From Epithemia pelagica (Eukaryota > Protista > Bacillariophyta): 64,000 nucleotides of DNA. The position numbers and the translations under genes were made by a program. Where the stretch lies: positions 1,426,001-1,490,000 of the forward strand of contig OX337235.1 in NCBI GenBank assembly GCA_946965045.2, given 5' to 3'. The notes under the pieces were generated by a model that was given only the letters and a program-made list of their open reading frames with translations, had not been told where the DNA came from and made no database searches. How positions within the stretch are numbered: position 1 is the first letter of the stretch; every line of letters starts with the position of its first letter. Shown here in pieces: positions 42,759-53,663 of this stretch.

Positions 42759-45700
42759 ATGAGGCTGTCAATTTTGATGGTACTATGCTTCCTTGCGGCG
42801 TTCAAGCATGTTCGCTGCGCTCGTTTGGGCAGCGAGAAACAGATTTACCCAATCAAACAACGAAAGCTGGTAACCACAGTCATTACAGAGAATGAGTTGC
42901 AAGATTTTATGCTGACTTTCTCCTTTGACAGTCCTCCAAAGCGCCTTCAGCCTTTCTCTATCGATCTCAGAACCACCGACGGGGCCCTTCCCATTTCCGC
43001 CCTTAACCTTGTTGCCGAAGCAATGAATCAATTTGTTCAAGATATTCTTCAAGGACAATTTTTGCAGTACCAAGAAGTGAAGACAGTAAACACAATAATT
43101 TTGGGACAAAATGCTTTCGACACTTTTGACGGAAGCACCCTTGAGACAGCGATCAATGTAACATTCAACACGGAACCGTCTCCACCAACGTCGTTGGTAG
43201 AACAAACATTAGAATCGTTGATGACCGACCAACGTATGGATGAATATGTCAGCATTCTTAATGGTCTGGCCGGTCTTGCCGCGACAGAGTCGGAAGCACG
43301 AGATTCTCTCGAAAATGTCACACAGGCCTCCAGAACGAGTCTGTCTTCGAATGAAGTGGAAGGCATTCGGGCTACTGGATCTGGGGAAGACGGTGAGTTC
43401 CGAGCGGAAGTAATTGTTGTTGTTCCCGCAATTATAGCTACAGGTCTGCTACTCGCTGGAATGGCTTTACTGGTTTCAAAATTGAAGAAGAAAGAAGATG
43501 ATCCAGAAGCTGTCAGCGAAATTAGGAAGGTTGACTTATTGGTAGATGATGAAGAAAGCGATATTTTCAGCTTCGAGGCTGCACTTTCACCCTCGCATTC
43601 GGAGGATGCTTTGAGTCCGGAGACAGTTGCGTCCATTGAGACGCCAGAAAATAAAGTTTTCGTTGAAATCGACTCTGAGGCACAATCCCCAGGAGGACGT
43701 TCTCTTCTCAGTTTCTTTTCTGGTGTACTTGGCGAACACAGACCTCTGGGCGAGGCCGAGAGACAAAAGAGGCAATCCATGCAGGCACGAGCTAAAACAA
43801 AGCCGATCATTACACCCTCAGCTCGCTTGTCTCCACTACTCTATGCTTTCTCTGATGACGAAGAAGAAGACCTACTCAGTAGCTCAGAGAGTGGACTCAC
43901 AAGCGACAGCATGCAGGAGTCTCCATCACCGAGTCAGCCGTACGACGCAATCACATTGGATGAGCTTTTGGTTGAGAAATACTCGACTCACGACGATGTC
44001 GACATCGTTTCTCCTGTTCACGGTATTACAAGTCCTGCATGGAGCGCTAGCAATGGTCAACCACTAGAGGTGTCTACAAACCAAGACCAGCGAACGATTA
44101 TTGCAGCTGCACCAAGTCCTCTTGTCAGCCCGAAGCCTGCATATTACGCGCAATCACCAAAGAAACCATCGCCGTTGATCTCGCCAAAGCCTCCTTTGTA
44201 TAAGGCATCTCCTAATAGTAAAGCTCCAGCTGTAACTGCTGCAAGCCCGCAAAAGCCCGCTAGCAGCACCTCCGTTTTTGAAGGCTGTCCAGACATGTGG
44301 TCAGTCGTGTCCCCAAGCAGTGCTCTGAAACTAAACAATGCAGGAACCGATTGCTGTCCGACACCTCGAAGTGTGAACAAAGCAGCAACCCATGTACCTC
44401 CGAATGCATCAGATCAGTCGAGAGGCTCAAGATCCGCCATTCCACTCGCTAGCGCACCACCACGTGTCAGTAGATCGGCACAAAAAACAAGTCCACAAAA
44501 ACGAACGGATACCAGCCCTGCTCCCAATGGCACACCGCCCAGAATAGATCGGGGTTCACCATCATCAAGCCCCCAAAGACGCGCGGACGTGAGTCCTGCT
44601 GCGCATGACGTAAAACAAAAAACAAACCGAGACGTTTCATCGCAGGAACGCGCGGACGAAAGTCCTGCTGCGAACGATGTGGTTCATGGATTCATCAGAG
44701 CGAAAAGCATGAGCCCGCCGAAAAGGAGTCAGAAACAGTCCGCATCAACTTCAACAACTCCTCGATTCCAGCGAAATGTAAAGAGCATGAGCCCACCAAA
44801 AAGAAAAGCTTCTGTTCCCAGCCCAGAAACTCAATCAGTCGAAATTTGGGGTCAAAAGAAGCTCTCTTCCCCTAGGACAGCGAAGTCACCAGGCGACGAC
44901 CCTGGCATGAGAACAGCCGGTCCTGTGACAGGTATGAATCGTTGGTCGTCGTATTCGTCAGACAATATCACGGTCAAAGCGAAGAACGGTTCGATGCGCC
45001 AAGCGACCACGCCTATGGTCCACGGAGAAAAGTTGTCTTCGAAAAAGCCTGATCCATGGAAAGATTCCTCGAGTCATGGATCTGATCCTTGGAGCTCAAG
45101 TGTGTCGCTTAGTGCTGACCCTTGGGATGAACGGGTGAGTGTCAATCACGCAACAACAGCAATGAGATTATCACGATCCGCAAGTCCAAGGTATTCGCAT
45201 CAACCAGCAGTCCAACCACCAAATGAGATCTGGGAACGTCCTGAGTTCGTCCGTTCTCGAGAGTATTCTGAACGATTCACAAAATCTGAAAGTCCTTCCA
45301 AAAGAGTGAAGCGTTCGGGAAAACAGCCACCGGTAGAAATATGGAATCAGCCTCTGTTTTCACAAGAAAAAATGTCTCGTGATATACTGTCGGAGAACCA
45401 AGAAATTTCACAGCATAGCCGTCTTAGTGGTGCTGCACGGGCAAGATCTGAAAGTCCAAAGACTTCAGTATCACGACATCAACATATCAATAATACAAAC
45501 AGTGATATCTTGGACCACAACGCAGTATCTCGAGCTGGAATCTCGACCCATCTTTCACCCTTGGCGACACAAGGACAGCCAACTCCACAACAGCGAGCTC
45601 CCCATACCACTCCACACAAATGGAGCTTCGAGTCTGTTGTTACCGCCGCCGCCAAAGCTGCGTCCTCTGTCGGACTATCTTTTGGTGAGCCCCGGTACAA

Positions 45701-46892
45701 TGAAGACAATGGAAATGTTGGAGATGTTGAACGTCCATTCGCGGATGATGTCAGCTATGGCTCAGATGACAAGGTTGACTTCCAAGATCATTACTCAGCA
45801 TCGAGAGACGTTGAAACTTTAAGCGAAACAGCATCCACTACGTATTCTCCAGAAATGGCATACATCGCCGCAAATAGCGCGGTCCAGAGTAGGCGAAAAG
45901 GAAGAAGTTTACCTGCAAACTTCGCTGATGGTTCGGGAGCCCGAGCATACTCGCCGGGATGGCTTTCAAGAGCACGCGCCGGGCTGAGAAGAAGTAGCCC
46001 AAGGAAATCAATTCGCAGCCCAGTTCATGACAAAGCAACACAAGGAGAAGTCGCCACAAAGAGGCTGAGAACATCAGATGAACCGTTGCGACGAGTGTCA
46101 AATACGAAGGCGTTGAAAGAGCGATCACCGAGAGGTCGTCGCCATGCCCGATATTCGGCTGTTGACGGAAGCACTGATTATCAAGCAATGCTTGAACATC
46201 GTGATCCGAACATGTCATCATTCGATGCTGTTTCGCTGAGTGACTCTGCGGACTCTAGTCCAATGGACTCCAGGACACCGCGATCTATAAACGGAAGCTA
46301 CTTCCCAAATACTCCGATGTCCTTAGACGATTCGGCCCTCGACTCACGAGATGGACAGAAGCTTTTGATGGATCTGGTATGGCTAGAGAAGAAAATTGCA
46401 GGCCAGAGACCCGATGGCGCACAGAGACCATCGTCGCCTTTTTCGTTTGACAATTCGTCATACACGGGTCTGTCTGAACTTTCACAGACACAACAACATA
46501 TATCGCAGCTTGATTCAATGTCCTTCACGTCTCTCGATGGGAATGTCGAGTCAGAAGTAGAATCCGTCGATCCAAGGCCAGGACCAGATATTGGTGCAAT
46601 GTCGTCAATAGTTTGCAGAGACTGCTATGCTCCTCCCGGAAAACTTCGAATTATAATTCATTCAACAAAAGATGGCCCAGCGGTACACACCGTGAAAAAG
46701 GGAAGTTCACTTGAAGGTCATGTATTCCCGGGTGACTTGATTGTGAGCATAGATGACAACGACACGAGAGCGTTCACAGCGGAACAAGTGATGAGGATGA
46801 TGGCTGCTCGAGAGGGAGAAGAAAGGAAGATTACTGTTCTCCACTTTGAAAAAGACAGTAATCCTGGGGCAAAACGTCAAAGAAAGGCGTAG
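42759..46892 (+). CDS. Large type I single-pass protein with low-complexity cytoplasmic region and C-terminal PDZ domain
   Basis: Signal peptide; TM at ~aa 215-240; C-terminal APPGKLRIII..GPAVHTVKKGS.LEG.VFPGDLIVSIDD (PDZ-like). Confidence 0.75.
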   Translation: MRLSILMVLCFLAAFKHVRCARLGSEKQIYPIKQRKLVTTVITENELQDFMLTFSFDSPPKRLQPFSIDLRTTDGALPISALNLVAEAMNQFVQDILQGQFLQYQEVKTVNTIILGQNAFDTFDGSTLETAINVTFNTEPSPPTSLVEQTLESLMTDQRMDEYVSILNGLAGLAATESEARDSLENVTQASRTSLSSNEVEGIRATGSGEDGEFRAEVIVVVPAIIATGLLLAGMALLVSKLKKKEDDPEAVSEIRKVDLLVDDEESDIFSFEAALSPSHSEDALSPETVASIETPENKVFVEIDSEAQSPGGRSLLSFFSGVLGEHRPLGEAERQKRQSMQARAKTKPIITPSARLSPLLYAFSDDEEEDLLSSSESGLTSDSMQESPSPSQPYDAITLDELLVEKYSTHDDVDIVSPVHGITSPAWSASNGQPLEVSTNQDQRTIIAAAPSPLVSPKPAYYAQSPKKPSPLISPKPPLYKASPNSKAPAVTAASPQKPASSTSVFEGCPDMWSVVSPSSALKLNNAGTDCCPTPRSVNKAATHVPPNASDQSRGSRSAIPLASAPPRVSRSAQKTSPQKRTDTSPAPNGTPPRIDRGSPSSSPQRRADVSPAAHDVKQKTNRDVSSQERADESPAANDVVHGFIRAKSMSPPKRSQKQSASTSTTPRFQRNVKSMSPPKRKASVPSPETQSVEIWGQKKLSSPRTAKSPGDDPGMRTAGPVTGMNRWSSYSSDNITVKAKNGSMRQATTPMVHGEKLSSKKPDPWKDSSSHGSDPWSSSVSLSADPWDERVSVNHATTAMRLSRSASPRYSHQPAVQPPNEIWERPEFVRSREYSERFTKSESPSKRVKRSGKQPPVEIWNQPLFSQEKMSRDILSENQEISQHSRLSGAARARSESPKTSVSRHQHINNTNSDILDHNAVSRAGISTHLSPLATQGQPTPQQRAPHTTPHKWSFESVVTAAAKAASSVGLSFGEPRYNEDNGNVGDVERPFADDVSYGSDDKVDFQDHYSASRDVETLSETASTTYSPEMAYIAANSAVQSRRKGRSLPANFADGSGARAYSPGWLSRARAGLRRSSPRKSIRSPVHDKATQGEVATKRLRTSDEPLRRVSNTKALKERSPRGRRHARYSAVDGSTDYQAMLEHRDPNMSSFDAVSLSDSADSSPMDSRTPRSINGSYFPNTPMSLDDSALDSRDGQKLLMDLVWLEKKIAGQRPDGAQRPSSPFSFDNSSYTGLSELSQTQQHISQLDSMSFTSLDGNVESEVESVDPRPGPDIGAMSSIVCRDCYAPPGKLRIIIHSTKDGPAVHTVKKGSSLEGHVFPGDLIVSIDDNDTRAFTAEQVMRMMAAREGEERKITVLHFEKDSNPGAKRQRKA

Positions 46893-46973
46893 CATGTGGG
46901 ATATTGTAACATGTAGTATTAATAAGGTGAATTAAATTTCATAACAAATGAAATAGCAGACTGGTTGTAGATA

Positions 46974-47799
46974 CTAGGCTCGATCGCTCTCGTCTTCGTC
47001 CACGAGCCTTTCCTTTTTACTTCTTCGACTTTCTTCGTTTGTGGTTTCACTCCCTCGGTACAAATATTCTTCAACAAAGTCATTCACCAAGTAGAAAACA
47101 CCAAGCAAACACCTGGCAAGAAAGGATTGTTGTGAGTGCATGCATAGACTTACGGTCTTCATGGCATGTGTGCCACTATCAATCGACTTACCATACACCA
47201 CGGACCAAAATATGCAATGTGTGACCCAATTGCCTGTTGACCATCATCAGGTACCCTGCCGCACAGAGTGTGATGGTTGTCCACGCGTAAAAGTCATTGG
47301 CCATTCTCTCCCAGAAACCAGCATGATCGGGGGATCGTCCACAAATGGGGAAAAGACTTCCAACAGAACAGACCGACAAGATTCCTGACAAGAGCCACAA
47401 GTGACCTGCGATGAGATTCAAGACCTCATATGCTTGGAGTTCCACTTCCTCCTTGTTGTTGAACATTTGATCAGACCACGCACTGGCGAAGAAAATTCCT
47501 TGGAAAATGCATGACGCTGCAAAGACCATGGACTGGAGAAAGTTCATGCATGGTCCTTTTCCATACCGGATGTGCGGAAGCTTTCGTTTCGTTTTCGGGA
47601 AGGTATTCAAGTCGATTATTATCTCGGGCAACACATGGCAGGTAAGAAATGCCCAGGAGAATAGTTCTACGACCAGCACGTGCACGGAATTCCTGTCTTT
47701 CCAATAAGCGATCCCATAGGTCAAAACTGGAATGGATGTACCCAGGGCAAATAGGGTTGAAGAGTTCAAATGCAAGGATAGGATTCGCCGCAGCCTCAT
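46974..47799 (-). CDS. Multi-pass membrane protein, 2 exons
   Basis: The hydrophobic ORF 47188-47922 ends at a gtaagt donor (~47191) that can splice to the acceptor at ~47115 in ORF 46974-47201. Start uncertain. Confidence 0.5.
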
Positions 47800-49630
47800 G
47801 CTTTCGGAACTTTTGTTCAGAGGGGCTTGGCTGAGCCCGAAGATTGTGGTAAAAAGGGGGGTTGTGTTAAACTGAAAAAGCACTGCGGTGCCGTCGCTCC
47901 GACTACTTTCTCTCCTTACCAACCAATGGCTGTGAGTTGTCTCGGCGTTGCTCCAACGCTCATTCTCCTGCCAACAGCGTCATCGTCTTGCTATTGGGGG
48001 TGCACCGGATCTGAACTGCGAAAGATGTTACTTAAATGAGAAATAGTGAGCATATCGCTGAATCTGCGCTGGGGAATTCTGAATTTTGAATATTTAGGGC
48101 AAGACATCCGTTGAATGGAAAGAGAACCTAAGTACATGAAATGCAACACAGAAAATGCACGTGCTTAATACGAGTATTTAAAAAGGTTCTAGCGCGCGTC
48201 GAGTCTTGTCCTAGGATAATCAACAAATATAAAAAAGAGCACGCCGTCCCACAAATCCTTCATTCTCACAAACCAAACTTTCGTGCCGCTCCAACCTGCA
48301 AGTCGCTGTAGAATAGAAGTGGCAATGTTCTTGATTTTCAAATTGATGTTCCCACCTCCGACATACGAGCAACTACGTTTTTCGGAATCGCTATTCGCTA
48401 TGAGGATATGATGTGGTTTGTGGATGCATCTCTAGTGTTTCAGGATAGCAATCATAGCGCTCAACATTCCACACGATGGAGGAGCAAGACATTACTTCTC
48501 GAAGATAAAAGGGCAGTAGAAATTAAGACGAAAAGTGAGATTTCATCCGAGTCATATATCAGAAAAGAAATGGTTTGCAGTCTCGAAAGATTTTTGGTGC
48601 TTCTCCGTCCATAGTTCTTAGATAGGTGCGTCAACCAACGGTCAACGGATCATTGTGGAGTCCCTCGTAACATAGACGACAATCTTTTCCCTTCACACTC
48701 AACGGAAAGCCAGAGTGGAGTGTGGGTTAGTTGCACTTCTCTATTTCTGTTGCCAGTAGGTGGGCGATTCAGTTTCCTAACCCATGATTTAGACCTGGAA
48801 ATCTGGCCGTCAATGTGATTTACAAGTCCGCGTGCGTTGACGGTTGTGGGTTTCCTCCGATCACTGACCACGAATAGATCATTGATGGCATGGAGAAAAA
48901 CTCCTCGCAGAAGGGAAATGTCGTGCGCACCGGAAAACGCAAGGTCAGTGGAATCGATCCCAATAACCGGCCAACGGAACGAGGAGTCGTCAACACTTTG
49001 GTCGACTGTGCGTTGTAAGTTACGGAAGGGGCAATAGACTTCGTTTGGGGGCTGGATTTCCTCTGTATGCTCCCCAAACTTGGCGCTTCTCGCTGGAGGC
49101 ATCTACAATATTCTCCAGCTTACAGGGCGCAGTGTCCCCCTGCCCCGTTCGCGTTCGCGTAGGCAGCCCCGTAGGCAGTGGTGGCAGTAGAATTAGGCAT
49201 AACAACAGTCTATGGCAACACATGCGTGCTAGATCTTCCTGGAAGGAAGCCCAACAAATACAAGAGGAGACAAGAAACTTCGAAGTCCGCCCACGTTTCA
49301 CTTTCTTCCCTGGGGAATTTGAGCTTGGGTAAGGCTCCTTCCTCTTCCTCAACAACGACTAGACGCAATAGCACGAGAGGAGAAGTCTTGAACAAGATAG
49401 AAGATTGGAATCAAGTCTGGTGACTAAACCGACAAGGTATCCCTGTCGCACCTCCTTGGTAATAGCGGATGGAACAACATCTCCTTGTAAACTAGCTTGG
49501 TGGTTTGAATGGAACCAAGTGCCTGCACAAGCGCTCATCGAATATCGCTTTGATCTGGACTTTCATTGACACAGTGTTCCTGTTTCGCATCAGATCGTGG
49601 ATTTCCCATTGAATATATTGAGTCGTGACC

Positions 49631-51577
49631 ATGAGGCCTCAGCTGCGCCATGGTGCTCAACAGTCATCACCTCTTTGGGAACGTCGTGGTGAAGAGTCAC
49701 TTCCAAGTGGCACCTTGCAAGACAATACAACGTCCACAATCGAAACAGGAATCGCCCCTTCGGGCCTGAGAACAGGAAATTCCACTGTAACGCCCAATTT
49801 ACCTGGAGATGTTGCTGCTTCCTCGGACGATCACATGTCGGTAAAAAGTTTGATGATTTCCATTATTGCCGTTGTGCTCGTTTTCTGGTGCGCCTTGCCT
49901 CGAAGCGAACAAGGAAGAAGCTCTCGAGAAGCCGCACGTCGAAGACGAGAAAGACAAGCCTTGCGACAGCGAAATCGTCGAGAGAATGATACGCCGCAGA
50001 ACCGGGAGCGTCGAGCAGAACTGGTGAATCGGTCACTGTGGGTTCAAAAAGTCATCAAGGAAGAAGGGCAACAATTAACGCTCGGTCCTCCCGACGCAGA
50101 TACTCTGGCACCCTCAGAGGACGGAGAAGAACACGACAACGATAGCCATTCGAGAGGACGCGAATCAATAGACAGTTATGGTGAAGAAGTGAGCACCTGC
50201 ATTATCTGTCTTGAACCATTTCGTGTGGGGGATGTTGTGGCCTGGAGTAAAGATTTGAATCGCCCTGCATCTTCTTCGCCCTCTACCCCTCGTACAGCTC
50301 GGGAAGAGGATAGCACACAGCAATCTCCTGCTTCACAATCCTTGACCTCAACGGTCGATGACTCCCCCGGCTATTCTACAGATGATTTCTCTCCAACCTG
50401 TAAGCATGTATTCCACAAGGACTGCATAGCTTCTTGGCTGCAAAATCCAAAACATGATGATTGTCCTGCGTGTCGTGTGAGAATAGTCTATGAACCTCCG
50501 AAATCCAGCAACCGCAGAAATGCGAGCATACAGCCTTGTGATTCCGATGATTGCGAGGAGGAAGACGACCCGGAACAAGGTGGTTTGAGCAGTATGGCCT
50601 TTGTGGTGGTGCGTGGACTCGTTTCCAGAGCCCGGCGTGCAAGTTATACGTTGATTGGAGCAAGTGTGCACGCTGATTTGGAAGATCTCGATGATAGTGA
50701 TGACGATGCGGAATCCTTTGAAGACGAACACAGCAATGTTGGAATGGAAATGGTGGCTCCAGCCTCTTCTAAATTGTCGCCATCCACAGGCAATCGACAC
50801 TTGACTCCCCTTGGACGAGCCGCTGCAAACACCACTAGACTCAGCTTGCCACTGGAGTCACCGCTGCGAAGGGTGGCGTCGAGTGGTGGTGACCGAAAGC
50901 CACAACCGTTGTTGAGACGGCGTTCGTTTGGATCTATGAAATCGGTGGATGATCGATCAGGAGGTGTAGGCAGCAACAGTAACTCCATCGGTGGTCTGTC
51001 AGCCGCCATGAAGTCTCCTCCGTTTGGTGGGGGAGGATTACCACCTCCTGCACCGTTGCGCCGAACACTTTCGGCAGGTACAGTTGTGTGCAATACTTCG
51101 GAAGGTTCCATTACGCTGCACGTGAAACCCGAAGCACCGATCAGGGTGTTGCCATCATTAAGTCCTCGCTTGAGTACTCGACCCGTCTGGTCCCCTGCGG
51201 CGGAACGCGCTCTCAGTCAGACACTGGAAGATCGATTGCATAGTGCTGCTCGCCCATCGCCATTGTCGAGTCGACGTGTCGTCTCCATGTCGGGCTCATC
51301 GGCCACCGAAAGCCCTGGAGCAGTCACTACAAACAGCAACAGCAGTCCCCGGGCACATCGAAAAGTGTTTCGGAAGCAAGAATCACTAGAGGACCAAGCG
51401 GCGTCCAACTCGTCGTCTTCTGCTATGCCACCATCACCACCCCTGTCCCTTTCAGGCTCTAGAACGAGTGGACGACGAAAGAGCGGCTATTCGCTCTTGC
51501 CCACAGCTACTGCGTCGTCCTCGCAGCCTTCGTCGTCCTCGACGGGGACGCTGACACACAGTAATGAAATTGTGTAG
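49631..51577 (+). CDS. TM + RING-H2 E3 ubiquitin ligase (ATL-like)
   Basis: TM segment; CIICLEPFRVGDVVAWS...CKHVFHKDCIASWL...CPACR. Confidence 0.85.
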   Translation: MRPQLRHGAQQSSPLWERRGEESLPSGTLQDNTTSTIETGIAPSGLRTGNSTVTPNLPGDVAASSDDHMSVKSLMISIIAVVLVFWCALPRSEQGRSSREAARRRRERQALRQRNRRENDTPQNRERRAELVNRSLWVQKVIKEEGQQLTLGPPDADTLAPSEDGEEHDNDSHSRGRESIDSYGEEVSTCIICLEPFRVGDVVAWSKDLNRPASSSPSTPRTAREEDSTQQSPASQSLTSTVDDSPGYSTDDFSPTCKHVFHKDCIASWLQNPKHDDCPACRVRIVYEPPKSSNRRNASIQPCDSDDCEEEDDPEQGGLSSMAFVVVRGLVSRARRASYTLIGASVHADLEDLDDSDDDAESFEDEHSNVGMEMVAPASSKLSPSTGNRHLTPLGRAAANTTRLSLPLESPLRRVASSGGDRKPQPLLRRRSFGSMKSVDDRSGGVGSNSNSIGGLSAAMKSPPFGGGGLPPPAPLRRTLSAGTVVCNTSEGSITLHVKPEAPIRVLPSLSPRLSTRPVWSPAAERALSQTLEDRLHSAARPSPLSSRRVVSMSGSSATESPGAVTTNSNSSPRAHRKVFRKQESLEDQAASNSSSSAMPPSPPLSLSGSRTSGRRKSGYSLLPTATASSSQPSSSSTGTLTHSNEIV

Positions 51578-51764
51578 CCTAGTCTTCCATTGATAAATGT
51601 TTTGGTTTTTGTTCACAACATGAATGGTCTAGCGTTTGAGCTATAATGTTCAAGTTTCTCATAACGGTAGGTAGTTTATGCGACAATGTTGTATCTACGG
51701 GTTTAAAAATAGCGCCAGGATGGTGGCACTGGAATGCGAGGAAACAATGTATAACGTAGTCGAA

Positions 51765-52946
51765 TCACGCTTCGTTTTCCTCCTCCATGATTCTTGGCTG
51801 TTCGGTTTCCTCCACCATGATTCTTGGCTGTTCGGTTTCCTCCACCATGATTCTTGGCTGTTCGGTTTCCTCCACCATGATTCTTTGCTCTGCGATTTGA
51901 TTGGAGGTGGTGCCATCTACATCCTCTTGATCGGCCATACTACTATCCTCCTCGCCTCTTTGCTGGCCGTTTTCCACCCTCTCGAGATCATCGTCGTCTG
52001 CACGATGATCCGGACTGTGTGCAGAGTCCCCAGTTTCCAAAGAGCTATTTTCCAAAGTTGTGTAGTTCCCTCCATCACATTGACTCCCTCGCATCTTTTC
52101 CAACTCACTTCGCGTTGGTTCACTTGTGGCAATTTCCATCAACTGTTGCCACTCCGATTGTGGGATATGGGATGGTCGTGTATCGGGCAGATAGACCACA
52201 CCATGTTCCGAGCAATAGAAACAGGGCCGCGTTCTCAGATTCATGGCCGACACCAGTGTATTGACCTGCTTGAGTGCCATGGCACTGTTGGTGATTCTTC
52301 CACTTCTCGACCTCCGCAATGTGTCTTTATCAATGGGAAGGAAATCGGTTCGGCAAAAGGGACAGCCTTCGTTCTGTAACAACCATTCCTTGATACATGC
52401 ATGATGAAAGACATGATTGCAGGATGGATTGGGCGACCACGAGACAATGTCACCAATGGACAATTCATCGTAGCAAATCGGACATTCCCCTCCATTACTG
52501 CAGGTCTGACTTTCCGATATCGTTGAAGAACCATTTTCTTCATCCGACTCTTCCATGCCGACTGTATCCACAGTCAATGTTCGTTCCTTCAAGTACTTGG
52601 CCCGACGCTGTTGTGCCGTCTCGGAAGATGAACCACCGCAAACGGAAGAACAGAGACTTTCTTCATGACGTTGAATTTTCCGTGAGATGATCCAGGATTC
52701 AACTTGACTGTACCGCGATGCATTGCAGGCACTTGTTGTGGTGGGGGTATCTTGGGGTCGAGCCAGAGTGACGGCACCTGCTCGAGCGGCAGCCATTCGA
52801 CGTTCGAATCGTCGTCGTCTTCGACACCGTGAAATACAAATGGCCATAAAACAAACTCCAATTACGGCAATCGCAAAGCTGGCCATTAAAAGGGCACCCA
52901 AGGGCGAAATTCCTTGTTCCTCGTCCTCCTTGTCGGTTGTTGCCAC
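51765..52946 (-). CDS. TM + RING-H2 E3 ubiquitin ligase (ATL-like); 5' end uncertain
   Basis: CPICYDELSIGDIVSWSPNPSCNHVFHHACIKEWLLQNEGCPFCR. The ORF begins at GTG with no nearby in-frame upstream ATG. Confidence 0.85.
   Translation of the reverse strand: MATTDKEDEEQGISPLGALLMASFAIAVIGVCFMAICISRCRRRRRFERRMAAARAGAVTLARPQDTPTTTSACNASRYSQVESWIISRKIQRHEESLCSSVCGGSSSETAQQRRAKYLKERTLTVDTVGMEESDEENGSSTISESQTCSNGGECPICYDELSIGDIVSWSPNPSCNHVFHHACIKEWLLQNEGCPFCRTDFLPIDKDTLRRSRSGRITNSAMALKQVNTLVSAMNLRTRPCFYCSEHGVVYLPDTRPSHIPQSEWQQLMEIATSEPTRSELEKMRGSQCDGGNYTTLENSSLETGDSAHSPDHRADDDDLERVENGQQRGEEDSSMADQEDVDGTTSNQIAEQRIMVEETEQPRIMVEETEQPRIMVEETEQPRIMEEENEA
51781..51884. repeat. 30 bp coding tandem repeat (~3.5 copies, RIMVEETEQP)
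   Basis: tccaccatgattcttggctgttcggtttcc repeated with period 30. Confidence 0.9.
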
Positions 52947-53663
52947 ATTCGACAGATCCTCATCTTGTCGTCGATATCTTTGTTCACAGATGATGCCAAT
53001 AATGGAGGCTTTTCAATGTGGATGAGGAAGGAAGGTGTACGGAGTGAGACGGATGGAACAGGAAACTCCGTCGATGCCCATCAATGATCGGATTTCATTG
53101 AGGGGAATGACTTTGTCGGCAGTCGGCATGCTGATTGATGGTCCACGACGAGAACGAGAAAACCACGGAGGGAATCGACAAACGAACGCCACTCCCCAGT
53201 GTGTGCGTCTGATCGTGACCGATCACCCAAAAGATTTCTAAAGTGCAGGGTGTACTCTCGAAAAATTAGTGAAACGCTCGAAACTATTCTGAAGTTGCTT
53301 CCGTCTCCTAAAATGGACAGAAAGACGGGCCGTCGTCGTCAGTCCATGGCCACGAAACCATACCGTAACGTGTGAACAGTTACGTGATCGCAAAAAATGA
53401 GAGACTCTCCACACAGACACATGATAAGTGATAAGCACCCCCTCTAGAATCTGTTTTAAAGAGTCACTACCTCTCCTGAATGCTGGAAGCTGGAATCCTC
53501 ATGAGTGCTACCGGACCAACCATTCCTGTTCGATGGTCACACCTCAAGCTAGAGTCGAAAAAGGATTTTCCGAAGGTCCGAAGGACTACCTAGGTAGTCG
53601 ATCGTCTCGGCCGCACAAGAAAGAACTTGGTGGTGTTAATTGTTGGTTCCGTAGATTCTTGAT

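Noticed and set aside
48650-49395. Overlapping minus-strand ORFs, possibly a decayed gene
   Set aside because: No consistent reading frame, splice model or domain could be identified.
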